DNA of 64,000 nt, from the NCBI RefSeq assembly GCF_001194135.2, contig NC_068996.1, positions 39,306,114-39,370,113 of the forward strand, read 5' to 3'. Every line of letters starts with the position of its first letter. The stretch's first letter is position 1. Under the pieces are notes generated by a model. That model saw nothing but the letters and a program-made list of their open reading frames with translations. It was not told where the DNA came from and searched no databases. Made by a program: the position numbers and the translations under genes. This DNA comes from Octopus bimaculoides (Eukaryota). Below are positions 63,775 to 64,000 of this stretch, in pieces.

Positions 63775-64000
63775 TTATGGATCGACTCTTTTACTTGTTT
63801 AAGTCATTTGACTGCGGCCATGCTGGAGCACCACCTTTTAGTCTAGCAAATCGACTCCAGGACTTATTCTTTGTAAGCCTAGTACTTATTCTATCATTCT
63901 CTTTTTCCGAACCGCTAAGTTATGGGGACGTAAACACACCAGCATCAGTTGTCAAGCGATGTTGGGGGGACACAGACACACAAACATATACACACACACA
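63775..64000 (-). mobile_element. SINE family A 3' half (runs off the window)
   Basis: Reverse complement of the family A tail region. Confidence 0.85.

Noticed and set aside
1-64000. CRISPR arrays, rRNA, bona fide tRNA genes, prokaryotic systems
   Set aside because: None seen. The tandem arrays lack unique spacers, and the tRNA-like A/B boxes belong to SINE heads.

Overview
AT-rich eukaryotic DNA dense in microsatellites and SINEs, with nine N-gaps. The SINE families and (TA)n/(CA)n load look like an Octopus (coleoid cephalopod) draft scaffold; this is inferred from pattern recall, not a search. Almost all ORFs in the supplied track are microsatellite or gap artefacts. Real coding signal: two internal exons of UBL3 on + (39611-39719, 41047-41133; first and last exons not found), and two probable first exons of an unidentified gene on - (28590-28731, 27372-27473) starting in a CpG-retaining promoter-like island. 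The rest is intronic or intergenic mobile-element debris: several tRNA-type SINE families, decayed RTE-type LINEs, a Penelope GIY-YIG fragment, a Buster-type hAT transposase fossil with matching nnnTAnnn-TSD MITEs, TTAA-flanked MITEs and a Tc1/mariner MITE. The most interesting signal is a short microsatellite-targeted repeat carrying a complete type I hammerhead-ribozyme fold with a U4C core variant (52447-52505, - strand). It is joined head-to-head to a second copy that starts at the predicted cleavage site, and a decayed third copy (58566-58712) shows compensatory stem changes. Also notable is a palindrome of at least 330 bp running into a gap (58923-59254). Repeat boundaries are approximate.
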